Source: Candidatus Rariloculaceae bacterium (GTDB lineage: Bacteria; Pseudomonadota; Gammaproteobacteria; Steroidobacterales; Rariloculaceae). Taken from it: a stretch of 64,000 bases of DNA. The notes beneath the pieces are model-generated. The model saw only the letters and a list, made by a program, of their open reading frames with translations. It did no database searches and had not been told where the DNA came from. The position numbers and the translations under genes are program-made. Where the stretch lies: assembly GCA_965223375.1 (NCBI GenBank), contig OZ245000.1, positions 776,939-840,938 of the forward strand. Direction: 5' to 3'. This document shows, piece by piece, positions 40,249 to 49,186 of this stretch (its first letter is position 1; each line of letters opens with the position of its first letter).

Positions 40249-41157
40249 ATGATAGCACGTGCCCCGAGCAGCGACTTCTCCGAACGCGTCGACACCTACC
40301 GCGAACGAGTCGAGAACCGCCTCGATCATGCGATAAATTCCGATTCGGCCGTACCGCAATCGCTGCGTGATGCGATGTCGTACTCGGTGCTCGGCGGCGG
40401 CAAGCGCGTAAGACCGTTACTGTGCTACGCATCGGCGGAACTTTGCGGCGTTGCTATCGACGCCGTAGACACGATCGCAGCAGCGGTCGAACTGGTGCAT
40501 GCGTATTCGCTGGTTCACGACGATCTGCCGGCAATGGACGACGACGATCTGCGTCGCGGCCGCCCGACGACTCACCGGCAATTCGACGAAGCTACGGCCA
40601 TTCTCGCCGGCGACGCGCTACAGGCACTCGCGTTCGAGATTCTCTGCGACGACGAGTCGCTGCAACGCACGCCCGATCGTCAGTCGAGCGTCATCGCGAC
40701 GCTTGCGCGCGCGATCGGCCCCGCCGGAATGGTCGGCGGACAGATCCTCGATATCGAAGCGGAGGGCCGCGAGCTGAACGAAGCCGGGCTCGAAGCAGTC
40801 CACCGCCGCAAGACGGGCCGTCTGATCTGGGCTGCCATTACGATGCCGAGCCTGCTCGCCGATCTGTCGGCCGATCAACGAACGAACCTGGATGTTTTTG
40901 CGACCGAGATTGGCCTCGTCTTCCAGATACGCGACGATCTGCTCGAGGTGGAGCAGGATACGACCACGCTCGGCAAGAATGCGGCAAGCGATGCCGAGAA
41001 AGACAAGTCGACTTACCCCTCGGTTCTTGGGGTCGAAGCAGCCCGGGCGCGTGCGGACAGCACGTTCTCGTCGGCGAACGCCGCACTCGAACGCGTCGGA
41101 GGCGACACGAGCGGCCTGCGCTGGGTATCGGACTTCATTCTGCGGCGCGTCTACTGA
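40249..41157 (+). CDS. ispA: farnesyl diphosphate synthase / (2E,6E)-farnesyl diphosphate synthase
   Basis: FARM motif LVHDDLPAMDDDDLRRGRPT, SARM motif FQIRDDLLE and GGKRVRPLL. Divergent from sqs across only 43 bp. Confidence 0.9.
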   Translation: MIARAPSSDFSERVDTYRERVENRLDHAINSDSAVPQSLRDAMSYSVLGGGKRVRPLLCYASAELCGVAIDAVDTIAAAVELVHAYSLVHDDLPAMDDDDLRRGRPTTHRQFDEATAILAGDALQALAFEILCDDESLQRTPDRQSSVIATLARAIGPAGMVGGQILDIEAEGRELNEAGLEAVHRRKTGRLIWAAITMPSLLADLSADQRTNLDVFATEIGLVFQIRDDLLEVEQDTTTLGKNAASDAEKDKSTYPSVLGVEAARARADSTFSSANAALERVGGDTSGLRWVSDFILRRVY

Positions 41158-41234
41158 CTCGGGCTCACGCGGCAGCCTGGCCTCGGCACGACAGCTATCC
41201 CCCAATACACTACCGAATCAGCCGTTACAGGCCA

Positions 41235-41774
41235 CTAGTCGTAGTGGAGCAACGCGTGCACCGGGCAGTCGGCGAGCGCAGCCCGGCCGTTCAGAAAACC
41301 GAGCTCCATAAGAAACACACAGCCGGCAAGAATCGCGCGCCGCTGCGCGACGAGCGCGGCGACCGCTGCTGCAGTGCCGCCCGTCGCGATGACGTCGTCG
41401 ACGAGCAAATACTTGCGGCCCGCAGCGATGGCATCGACGTGCACTTCCACGTGGTCCGTGCCGTACTCGAGGGCGTACTCCTGGCTGACGACCTCGCGCG
41501 GCAACTTGCCGCGCTTGCGGACAAGGTACATCGGCAAATCCGCCTCGAGCGCTAGCGCAGCGCCGAAAATGAAGCCCCGCGATTCGATCGCGAGAATACC
41601 CTCGGCGCCGCTGTCGACCGCGTGGCCGGCCATCCAGCGAATCGTGTCCCGAAAGCCCGCTGGGTCCGACAGTAACGGCGTGATGTCCTTGAATACGATG
41701 CCGGGCTTCGGGAAGTCGGGAACGTCCCTTATCAGGGTCTGGACTCTTTCGATGGAGATTGGCTCGAGGGACAT
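41235..41774 (-). CDS. apt: adenine phosphoribosyltransferase
   Basis: From ATG 41774: IRDVPDFPKPGIVFKDITPLL and the PRPP motif YLLVDDVIATGGTAAA. 179 aa. Confidence 0.9.
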   Translation of the reverse strand: MSLEPISIERVQTLIRDVPDFPKPGIVFKDITPLLSDPAGFRDTIRWMAGHAVDSGAEGILAIESRGFIFGAALALEADLPMYLVRKRGKLPREVVSQEYALEYGTDHVEVHVDAIAAGRKYLLVDDVIATGGTAAAVAALVAQRRAILAGCVFLMELGFLNGRAALADCPVHALLHYD

Positions 41775-41855
41775 CGGCTGCTGCTGTTTACTCACTGGAC
41801 CGGGGTAGCGACAATGCGCGGCTCGGCATGGTAGCAAATCAAGAATGGACGACCG

Positions 41856-43097
41856 ATGAGCATCGCCCAGCATCTGTTGGCGGGATCCGTAAAAGCCCTG
41901 AATACCGGTGGCCGGGTACTGCGTCGGATCGGCGTCGAACGCCCGAGGCTCGAGATGGGTCCGCTGATCGATATGGCGAGACGCCGCAGCGGCCACTGGA
42001 AGCTCGGCGAGTGGGCGATCGAGGAGCCGCTCGAACGTCTCCTCGCGTCATATCGCGAGGAGGCGGACCTGACGGCACTAGGGCGGCTGACGGTTCGGGA
42101 ACTGATCGTCAGTCAGCTCGAAACGCTGCTCCATCTGGAAGCGGAGCTTCGCGACAACCCCGCGATTGCCGAGGAGCGGATCGAGTCGCCAGTCTTCATC
42201 ATCGGACTGCCGCGTACGGGAACCACGCTGTTGCACGGACTGATGAGCCAGGACCCGGCCAACCGCGTGCCGCTGACCTGGGAGGTCATGTATCCGGCAG
42301 CCTACCCGAACACGCCCGCCGGCATTGAGGCCGCCCGCAAGCGCACGGCATCGCGTCTGACGTGGGCGAACCGACTCGCACCGAAATTCAGGAAGATCCA
42401 CCCGATCGCCGCGGATCTGCCGCAGGAATGCATCGCGATAACCGCGCAGGTTTTCATGAGCATCCAGTTTCACACGACGCACGACGTGCCGGGGTACGAA
42501 AACTGGTTCGAGCGCGATTCCCAGCAACTGGCATACGCATATCACCGGCGATTGCTGCAGCATCTTCAGGCACGCAACCCGGGCCGGCGCTGGGTGCTGA
42601 AGGCGCCCGGACATCTGTTCGCCCTCGACGCGTTGCTGCGGGAGTATCCCGATGCGCGAATCGTCCAGACCCATCGCGACCCGCTCCGGGTCATGGCATC
42701 GATGGCGAGCCATGCGACCGTTCTCAGGCGCGCTTTCAGCGACACCGCCGACCCTGCCACGATTGCGGCCGACTGGAGCGATCGCTGGGCGCGCGCGCTC
42801 AACGACTTCCTCGCGATCCGCGATCGCGCCAGACCCGAGAGCTTTCTCGACGTCAGTTACGAGCAGATCGAGCAATCCCCGTTCGACACGATTGCCGGCA
42901 TCTACGATTTTCTCGGTCGGGAACTCGAACCGGCGGCCGAGCAGGCAATGCAGGCCTTCCTTGCCGCCAATCCGAAGAACAAGCACGGCGTGCACCGCTA
43001 CTCGCTGGCCGAGTACGGGCTCAGTCCGGTTCGTGAGATGCAACGCTTCGAGGACTACTGCGCACGATTCAATATTGCTGTGCAGACCGACGCATGA
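41856..43097 (+). CDS. sulfotransferase-family protein
   Basis: 5'-PSB-like loop FIIGLPRTGTTLLHGLMSQDP and a later RDPLRVMASM (3'-PB-like) motif. Confidence 0.7.
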   Translation: MSIAQHLLAGSVKALNTGGRVLRRIGVERPRLEMGPLIDMARRRSGHWKLGEWAIEEPLERLLASYREEADLTALGRLTVRELIVSQLETLLHLEAELRDNPAIAEERIESPVFIIGLPRTGTTLLHGLMSQDPANRVPLTWEVMYPAAYPNTPAGIEAARKRTASRLTWANRLAPKFRKIHPIAADLPQECIAITAQVFMSIQFHTTHDVPGYENWFERDSQQLAYAYHRRLLQHLQARNPGRRWVLKAPGHLFALDALLREYPDARIVQTHRDPLRVMASMASHATVLRRAFSDTADPATIAADWSDRWARALNDFLAIRDRARPESFLDVSYEQIEQSPFDTIAGIYDFLGRELEPAAEQAMQAFLAANPKNKHGVHRYSLAEYGLSPVREMQRFEDYCARFNIAVQTDA

Positions 43098-43155
43098 CTA
43101 GGTAACCTAGCGGTAGTGCGCGGCACCCGGCTGGCGCCTTAGGCAGGAGCCCATC

Positions 43156-43494
43156 GTGGATGACTACAGCGAGATCGAATCCGTTCTGATCGCGAAGCGA
43201 GAAGAGTTGCTGTCCCGCCTCGAGAACATCAAGGCCAACATCACACGCGGCCGCAGTGCCGATTCTCAGGAGCAGGCGCAGGAGCTCGAGAACGCCGAGG
43301 TGGTCGACGCACTGGGCAACGAAGCGCAGCATGAGCTGCACCTCATCGCGCAGGCCCTCGAGCAGATCCGGCAGGGGACCTTCGGCGAATGCCTCGACTG
43401 CGGCAAGGCGATCCCGCGGGCCCGGCTGGAAGCTTATCCGTTCGCCGAACGCTGCATCGACTGTGCAACGCTGCGGGAGCAGGGTCAGGCCTAG
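43156..43494 (+). CDS. TraR/DksA-family C4 zinc-finger protein
   Basis: CLDCGKAIPRARLEAYPFAERCIDC with an N-terminal coiled-coil. GTG start preceded by AGGAG (43145-43149). Confidence 0.8.
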   Translation: MDDYSEIESVLIAKREELLSRLENIKANITRGRSADSQEQAQELENAEVVDALGNEAQHELHLIAQALEQIRQGTFGECLDCGKAIPRARLEAYPFAERCIDCATLREQGQA

Positions 43495-43562
43495 CTAGCC
43501 CGGGGATCGCATCGATTCCGCGGCTCTCGGATGCCGCCAGCGGGCCCCGTCCGCAAGTCGGT

Positions 43563-46500
43563 TCAGGCGGCGCTCGCCCGGGCGGGGGCCTCGTCTTCGG
43601 CACGGCCTTCGTCATGGAAGCGCGCCCACGCAGCTTCGAGATCCTTCCTGTAACGGGCCACGCTCGCCACCTTCACCGGCCCGAAACCCCGGATCCTGGC
43701 AGCAAGGCCCGCAAGCTCGATCGCCTGAGCGAGCCTTGCCGCCGTCGTTCCCTGCAGCAGCTCGTCGAGGAGATTTTCGTACTCGACAATCAACCCGCGC
43801 TCCATCCGACGCTCGGCCGTGTATCCGAAAGGATCCAGCCAGGAGCCGCGCAGTCGCCGGAGACGCGAGAGCAGTCGAAACACCGGCAGCATCCATTGGC
43901 CGAACTCGATCTTCGACGGCCGTCCGGTTTCGGGATCGGTGCGCGACAAGAGTGGCGGCGCAAGATGAAAACGCAGCTTGTAGTCGTTACCGAAATTCTC
44001 TTTCAGCGTCGCGAGAAAATCCGTGCTCGTGTATAGACGAGCCACTTCGTATTCGTCCTTGTAGGCAAGCAACTGAAAGTATGTCTTCGCGACCGCCTCC
44101 GTAAGCGCACCGGGCTCGCCTGAGAGCTTCGTTTCGAGACCGGCGATTTCGGTCAGACGCGCCCGGTAGCGATCCGCGTAGGCTGCATCCTGATAGTCGG
44201 CGAGAATGCGATAGCGGAAATCGATGATCGCATCGAGACTGTCGTCGACATGCTCCTGGCTACCCGTGGCTTTCGCCGCGACGACGTCGGGCGCCTCGGC
44301 CGTATAGCGGCCCCAGTCGAACGTCCGCTTGTTGCGCCTGACATTGACGCCGTAGAGCTCGAGCGCTCGATAAAGGGAAACGCTCGATAACGGCAGCAGG
44401 CCCCGCTGAAAAGCGAAGCCCAGCATGAAAACGTTGGCAGCAATGCTATCGCCGAGCAGCGCCGCGGCAAGCCGGGTGGCGTCGAGCGTAGACAAGCCTT
44501 CGGGGCGGCTGTGGGCCCTGAGCTCGCGCAGGAAGCGGGAGCTCGGGAATTGCATGTCGGGATCGTTGATGAAGCTCGGCGGCATTTCCTCGTGCGTATT
44601 GACGACGACGGCCGATCTCTCTGCCGAGAGCATCGCAAGCGTGTCGGCATCGGACGCGACCATCAGATCGGCGCCGAGCAGCAGATCGACCTGACCGGCG
44701 GGAATTCGCATGCCATGCACGTGCTCGCGATCCGGCGCGATGCGCACGTGCGACAGCACGGCGCCGAATTTTTGCGCGAGCCCGGTCTGGTCGAGCTGCA
44801 GAACGATCTTGCCTTCGAGGTGGGCCGCGAGACCAATCAGGCCGCTTGCGGTCACGACGCCCGTCCCGCCCACGCCGGCAATCAGAATGTTGTACGCATC
44901 GCCGAACTGCGCCGGCGCCGGTTCGGGTAGGTCCGGAATGTCCTCTCCGGCCAGCGGCAATGCGGGATCGCGGCTGGCGCCCTCCAGGGTCACGAAGCTC
45001 GGGCAGAAACCGTCGAGACAGGTAAAGTCCTGATTGCACGAACTCTGGTTGATGCGTCGCTTGCGGCCAAGCGGTGTCTCGTGCGCCATCACCGACAGAC
45101 AGTTCGATTGCACGTTGCAATCGCCACAGCCTTCACAGACGTATTCGTTGATGACCACGCGCCGGTTCGGATAGGGCTTGCGGCCGCGCTTCCGGTCGCG
45201 GTGCAGCTCGGCCGCGCAGGTCTGATCGTAGATCAATGCCGATACGCCAGGCTTCTCGCGCAGGTCACGCTGCAGTCTGTCGAGAGCATGGCGGTCGTGA
45301 ACAGTCACTTCTTCGGGCAAGCCCTCGCGGCCCGCGTATTTCTCCGGCGCATCGGAGACGATCAGAATCGGCTTCACGCCCTCGGCCGCGAGCTGCCTGG
45401 CGACTCGCGCCACGCTGAGGTCGCCCTCAACCGTCTGACCACCGGTCATCGCAACTGCATCGTTGTACAGGATCTTGTATGTGATATTGACTTTGGCGGC
45501 GACTGCGGCACGAATCGCGAGGATCCCGGAGTGTGCATAGGTGCCGTCGCCGATGTTCTGAAATACGTGGGGCGTCTCGATGAACGGCGCCTGACCGATC
45601 CAGGTGGCGCCTTCACCGCCCATCTGCGTGTACGTGACCGTGTCACGGTCCATCCAGGCGGCCATGAAGTGGCAGCCGATCCCGGCGATCGCCCTGCTGC
45701 CGTCCGGCACGCGGGTGGAGGTGTTGTGGGGACAGCCGGAGCAGAAGTGTGGCTGGCGCCCGCCCTCAATCGGCAGCGCGGCCAGGTATCTTTCCTGATT
45801 CTCGAGAAACCGGACCCGCTCGTCGACATCCTCGCTGCGGTAGAACCGCCCCATGCGTTTCGCCAGCACCCGAGCGATCCGTGCCGGCGTCAGCTCGCCG
45901 GTCGACGGCAGCAGCCAGTCATCATTCTCGTCCAGCTTGCCGATGATCAGCGGCCGCAGCCGGGACTGCCAGTTGTACAGCTGTTCCTTCAGCTGACTTT
46001 CGATGACAGGCCGCTTCTCCTCGACGACGATGATCTCGTCGAGGCCTTCGGCGAACTCACGAATGCCTTCCGGCTCGAGCGGCCAGCTCATGCCGACCTT
46101 GAAGACCTTGATCCCGATCTCGCTCGCCCTCTGCCGGTCGATGCCGAGATCCTCGAGCGCCTGCAGCACGTCGAGATGTGCCTTGCCGGTCGTCACGATC
46201 CCCAGATGCGACTTCGCCGAGTCGATAACGGGGCCGTTCAGCCGGTTCGCGCGGGCGAAGGCGAGCGCGGCGCGGAGCTTGAAGTTCTGGAGCCGGTACT
46301 CCTGATCGTTTGGCGGGTCGGGCCAGCGAATGTTGAGCCCGCCCGGCGGCATCTCGAACTCGGGCGTCACGATCTCGAGCTCTTCTGCGCCGAGAGTGAT
46401 CGTCTGCGTCGCGTCCGCCGTCTCCTGAATCACCTTGAACCCGACCCAGCAGCCGCAAAATCTCGACAGCGCGAAACCGAACAGGCCGTAGTCGAGCAGC

Positions 46501-47036
46501 TCCTGGACATCGGCCGGATTGAGGACCGGCATCATCGCGTCGATGAAGCTGTATTCGCTCTGCTGTGGCAGCGACGAAGACTTGCAGGTGTGATCGTCAC
46601 CGGCCGCAACGAGCACGCCGCCGTGCTTCGAAGTGCCGGCATAGTTGCCGTGCTTGAAGGCGTCGCCCGAACGGTCGACACCCGGACCCTTGCCGTACCA
46701 GATCGAATAGACGCCATCGTATCTGGCGCCCGGGAACAGATTCGCCTGCTGGGTACCCCAGATGGACGTTGCCGCAAGATCCTCGTTGAGGCCCGGCTGG
46801 AAACGCACATTGGCGTCGTCCAGAAAGCCCTTGGCGCGCACGAGCTCGCGATCGAGCCCGCCGAGAGGCGAGCCGCGATAGCCTGAAACGAACGCCGCAG
46901 TGTTCAGTCCGGCGCGAACGTCACGCCGGTGCTGGGCCAGCAGCAGTCGAACGATAGCCTGCAGCCCGGTGATGAACAGCGTGTCGGTTTCGAAGCGATA
47001 ACACTCGTCCAGCCGACTGATTTCACGAAGCTGCAT
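43563..47036 (-). CDS. indolepyruvate:ferredoxin oxidoreductase-family protein (fused alpha/beta, about 1157 aa)
   Basis: From ATG 47036: the typical N-terminus LFITGLQAIVRLLLAQHRRD, a TPP-binding region and the ferredoxin-like CEGCGDCNVQSNC. The track's 69-codon N-terminal extension is rejected. Confidence 0.9.
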   Translation of the reverse strand: MQLREISRLDECYRFETDTLFITGLQAIVRLLLAQHRRDVRAGLNTAAFVSGYRGSPLGGLDRELVRAKGFLDDANVRFQPGLNEDLAATSIWGTQQANLFPGARYDGVYSIWYGKGPGVDRSGDAFKHGNYAGTSKHGGVLVAAGDDHTCKSSSLPQQSEYSFIDAMMPVLNPADVQELLDYGLFGFALSRFCGCWVGFKVIQETADATQTITLGAEELEIVTPEFEMPPGGLNIRWPDPPNDQEYRLQNFKLRAALAFARANRLNGPVIDSAKSHLGIVTTGKAHLDVLQALEDLGIDRQRASEIGIKVFKVGMSWPLEPEGIREFAEGLDEIIVVEEKRPVIESQLKEQLYNWQSRLRPLIIGKLDENDDWLLPSTGELTPARIARVLAKRMGRFYRSEDVDERVRFLENQERYLAALPIEGGRQPHFCSGCPHNTSTRVPDGSRAIAGIGCHFMAAWMDRDTVTYTQMGGEGATWIGQAPFIETPHVFQNIGDGTYAHSGILAIRAAVAAKVNITYKILYNDAVAMTGGQTVEGDLSVARVARQLAAEGVKPILIVSDAPEKYAGREGLPEEVTVHDRHALDRLQRDLREKPGVSALIYDQTCAAELHRDRKRGRKPYPNRRVVINEYVCEGCGDCNVQSNCLSVMAHETPLGRKRRINQSSCNQDFTCLDGFCPSFVTLEGASRDPALPLAGEDIPDLPEPAPAQFGDAYNILIAGVGGTGVVTASGLIGLAAHLEGKIVLQLDQTGLAQKFGAVLSHVRIAPDREHVHGMRIPAGQVDLLLGADLMVASDADTLAMLSAERSAVVVNTHEEMPPSFINDPDMQFPSSRFLRELRAHSRPEGLSTLDATRLAAALLGDSIAANVFMLGFAFQRGLLPLSSVSLYRALELYGVNVRRNKRTFDWGRYTAEAPDVVAAKATGSQEHVDDSLDAIIDFRYRILADYQDAAYADRYRARLTEIAGLETKLSGEPGALTEAVAKTYFQLLAYKDEYEVARLYTSTDFLATLKENFGNDYKLRFHLAPPLLSRTDPETGRPSKIEFGQWMLPVFRLLSRLRRLRGSWLDPFGYTAERRMERGLIVEYENLLDELLQGTTAARLAQAIELAGLAARIRGFGPVKVASVARYRKDLEAAWARFHDEGRAEDEAPARASAA

Positions 47037-47100
47037 ACACTCGATCTCCTGCCGTGCCCGCGGGCGGGCGCGACATGTTGCAAGTATTATAGGTATCCCC

Positions 47101-48660
47101 ATGCAAGACATCACTGCACGGCGATCATTGGCACCGCTCGTTGCTCTCGACGACGTCGCCGTCGATATCCAGGGACACCGCGTTCTCGACCGGATTGACA
47201 TGCAAATCCATGCCGGCGAGCACTGGGGCATCGTCGGCGCCAACGGCAGCGGGAAATCGACGCTATTGCGGCTGATCGAGGGCTCGCTGTGGCCCGCACC
47301 TGGCCGTGGCGGCCGTCGCTACGACTTCGGCGACGGGCCGCAAACGGATGCGATCCAGGCGCGCCGGCGCGTGGCGCTGGTCGGCCCGGAGTTGCAGAAC
47401 CGTTACGCGCGATTCGACTGGAACTTCAGGGTTCGGGACGTCGTCCGCTCAGGCGTCACACGTACATCGATTCCGCAACGCCATCCGGGCAGCGACGAGA
47501 TGCGCCGCACGCAGGAGACGCTGACGCGCCTTGATCTCGAGGGCCTCGCCGACCAGCGCTTTCTGACGCTGTCGCACGGTCAGCAGCGACGCGTGCTGAT
47601 TGCCCGCGCGCTTGGCTTCGAACCTGCGCTGCTGCTGCTCGATGAGCCTGCGAGCGGCCTCGACACTGAAGCGCGGCGAATGCTCGACCTCCTCCTCGCA
47701 TCCGTCGCCGAATCTGCCACGATAGTCGCGACGGCCCACCATCGCGCTCAGCTGCCGGCCGTCGCGCAGCGGGTTGCGGAGCTTGAGGCCGGCCGACTCG
47801 CTGCCGCAGTGCCCGCCACGCCAGCGGACAACAACCGCAGCAGTCCAACAGCGCACCGTAGCACCCATGCTTCTGCCGGCCCGTCCATTGTCACCGGATC
47901 CACTGTCGCCGCATCGAATATCGCCGCATCGACTGTCGCAGAATCCACCGACGGCGCGTTCACGGCAGCTGCGTCCACCACTGAGCCGCTGATCGTGCTG
48001 CGAAAGGCGAGCGTCTGGTTCGACGGGACGGCGGCGCTTCGCGAGATCGACTGGATGCTGTGCCGCGGGGAACACTGGCTGATTTCCGGCGCCAACGGCT
48101 CCGGCAAAAGCACTTTCTTGCGCCTGCTCCACGGGCAGCTGCGCCCGGCCGTCGGCGGCTCGATCGAGTGGCCCGGGCTCGGTAACCCGTCCAACGTCTG
48201 GGATCTGCGCCGTCAGGTGGGACTGGTCTCGCCGGAGCTGCTCGGGGCCTACCGGTACCCGGCAACGGTTCGCGACTGCATCGCATCCGGCATTGAGTCG
48301 AGCTTCGGGGTCACGCGCGGCCTGTCGGCCGATGAATGGGCCCGAGTCGATGCCCTCCTCGAGCGATTCGAGCTCGATCGGCTCGCCGAACGCCGGCTGA
48401 CTTCACTGTCGTACGGACAGCTCCACCGGACTATGATCGGCCGAACGTTGATCAACGGGCCGCGGCTCGTGTTGCTCGACGAGCCCTGGGAGGGCCTGGA
48501 CCCGGCCACCCGCCACCTAGTCGCCGGCTTGCTCGCGGATGCGGTCGCGACCGGCACGCAGATCGTCTGTGCCTCGCACATCGACGAAGGTCGGCTGCCG
48601 TTCAACTGCCGGGCGAGAATCACCGGCGGCCGGCTCAGCCGTGTCTGTGCCGGCGCCTGA
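47101..48660 (+). CDS. soluble tandem ABC ATPase (two ABC domains, ModF-like), no membrane partner adjacent
   Basis: Two Walker A motifs (GANGSGKSTLLRLI, GANGSGKSTFLRLL), two signature/Walker B pairs (LSHGQQRRVLIARAL..LLLLDEP; LSYGQLHRTMIGRTL..LVLLDEP) and an Ala/Ser/Thr-rich linker. Confidence 0.8.
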   Translation: MQDITARRSLAPLVALDDVAVDIQGHRVLDRIDMQIHAGEHWGIVGANGSGKSTLLRLIEGSLWPAPGRGGRRYDFGDGPQTDAIQARRRVALVGPELQNRYARFDWNFRVRDVVRSGVTRTSIPQRHPGSDEMRRTQETLTRLDLEGLADQRFLTLSHGQQRRVLIARALGFEPALLLLDEPASGLDTEARRMLDLLLASVAESATIVATAHHRAQLPAVAQRVAELEAGRLAAAVPATPADNNRSSPTAHRSTHASAGPSIVTGSTVAASNIAASTVAESTDGAFTAAASTTEPLIVLRKASVWFDGTAALREIDWMLCRGEHWLISGANGSGKSTFLRLLHGQLRPAVGGSIEWPGLGNPSNVWDLRRQVGLVSPELLGAYRYPATVRDCIASGIESSFGVTRGLSADEWARVDALLERFELDRLAERRLTSLSYGQLHRTMIGRTLINGPRLVLLDEPWEGLDPATRHLVAGLLADAVATGTQIVCASHIDEGRLPFNCRARITGGRLSRVCAGA

Positions 48661-49024
48661 CTGCCCGAAAGTTCTGCAGATGCGCGAAACCAAGGACGAC
48701 GCTCGCCACCAGGCTGACGGCGATTTCGATCGTGAACGGCCACCGATCGTGGCCCTGTAACGCGGCGATACAGATCCCGGCCAGCCCGACGGCGCCAATA
48801 GCAACGATGCCGTAGCGGCCGTGAACGCGGACGCCCAGCCAGAAACCGGCAACACTGGTCGGCACGACTAGCCAGAGCATCAGCGCGTGGAAATGCGTGC
48901 CCGTGCCGAATGCGACGGCGGCGAACGGCAGCACCGCAACCAGCACCGGAACAGCAAGACAGTGCACGATGCAGATCGCCGACAGGGCGATCGCCAGCTG
49001 GTCGAGGCGATTCGGATGCAACAT
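48635..49024 (-). CDS. MerC-domain-like small membrane protein
   Basis: From ATG 49024 the protein is 129 aa with 4 TM segments and the N-terminal motif SAICIVHCLAVPVLV. Only this C-terminal part of the 338-aa track ORF looks coding. Its 3' end overlaps the ABC gene 3' end by 26 nt. Confidence 0.55.
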   Translation of the reverse strand: MLHPNRLDQLAIALSAICIVHCLAVPVLVAVLPFAAVAFGTGTHFHALMLWLVVPTSVAGFWLGVRVHGRYGIVAIGAVGLAGICIAALQGHDRWPFTIEIAVSLVASVVLGFAHLQNFRAVRRRHRHG

Positions 49025-49186
49025 GGCGTCAGGTGGACGGAGTCGAGAGCCGCAGGGGCTATCCTGAATCTCCTCGATTCTCGTTTTCTCGGCGGGCCGC
49101 GAGGATACCGCAGATCGCCACCGACTATCGTAAATCGGGAACGCTTCGGTTAGCGTGGTTGCAACCATCACCGGAGCAGGGAGCCA

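Noticed and set aside
25018-41235. The mevalonate/hopanoid locus considered as a discrete genomic island or mobile element.
   Set aside because: I saw no flanking tRNA, integrase, transposase or direct repeats, and no obvious compositional break by eye. Horizontal origin of the mevalonate genes remains possible but cannot be shown from this window.
45081-46886. Very long ORFs antisense to real genes. Examples: 45081-46886 (601 aa), 13064-14746 (560 aa), 31504-33213 (569 aa), 10643-12040 (465 aa), 3090-4316 (408 aa), 21161-22384 (407 aa).
   Set aside because: Their translations are Arg/Ala/Gly/Pro-rich with no motifs, and each lies opposite an ORF with clear family signatures. This is the classic stop-codon-poor antisense frame of a high-GC genome.
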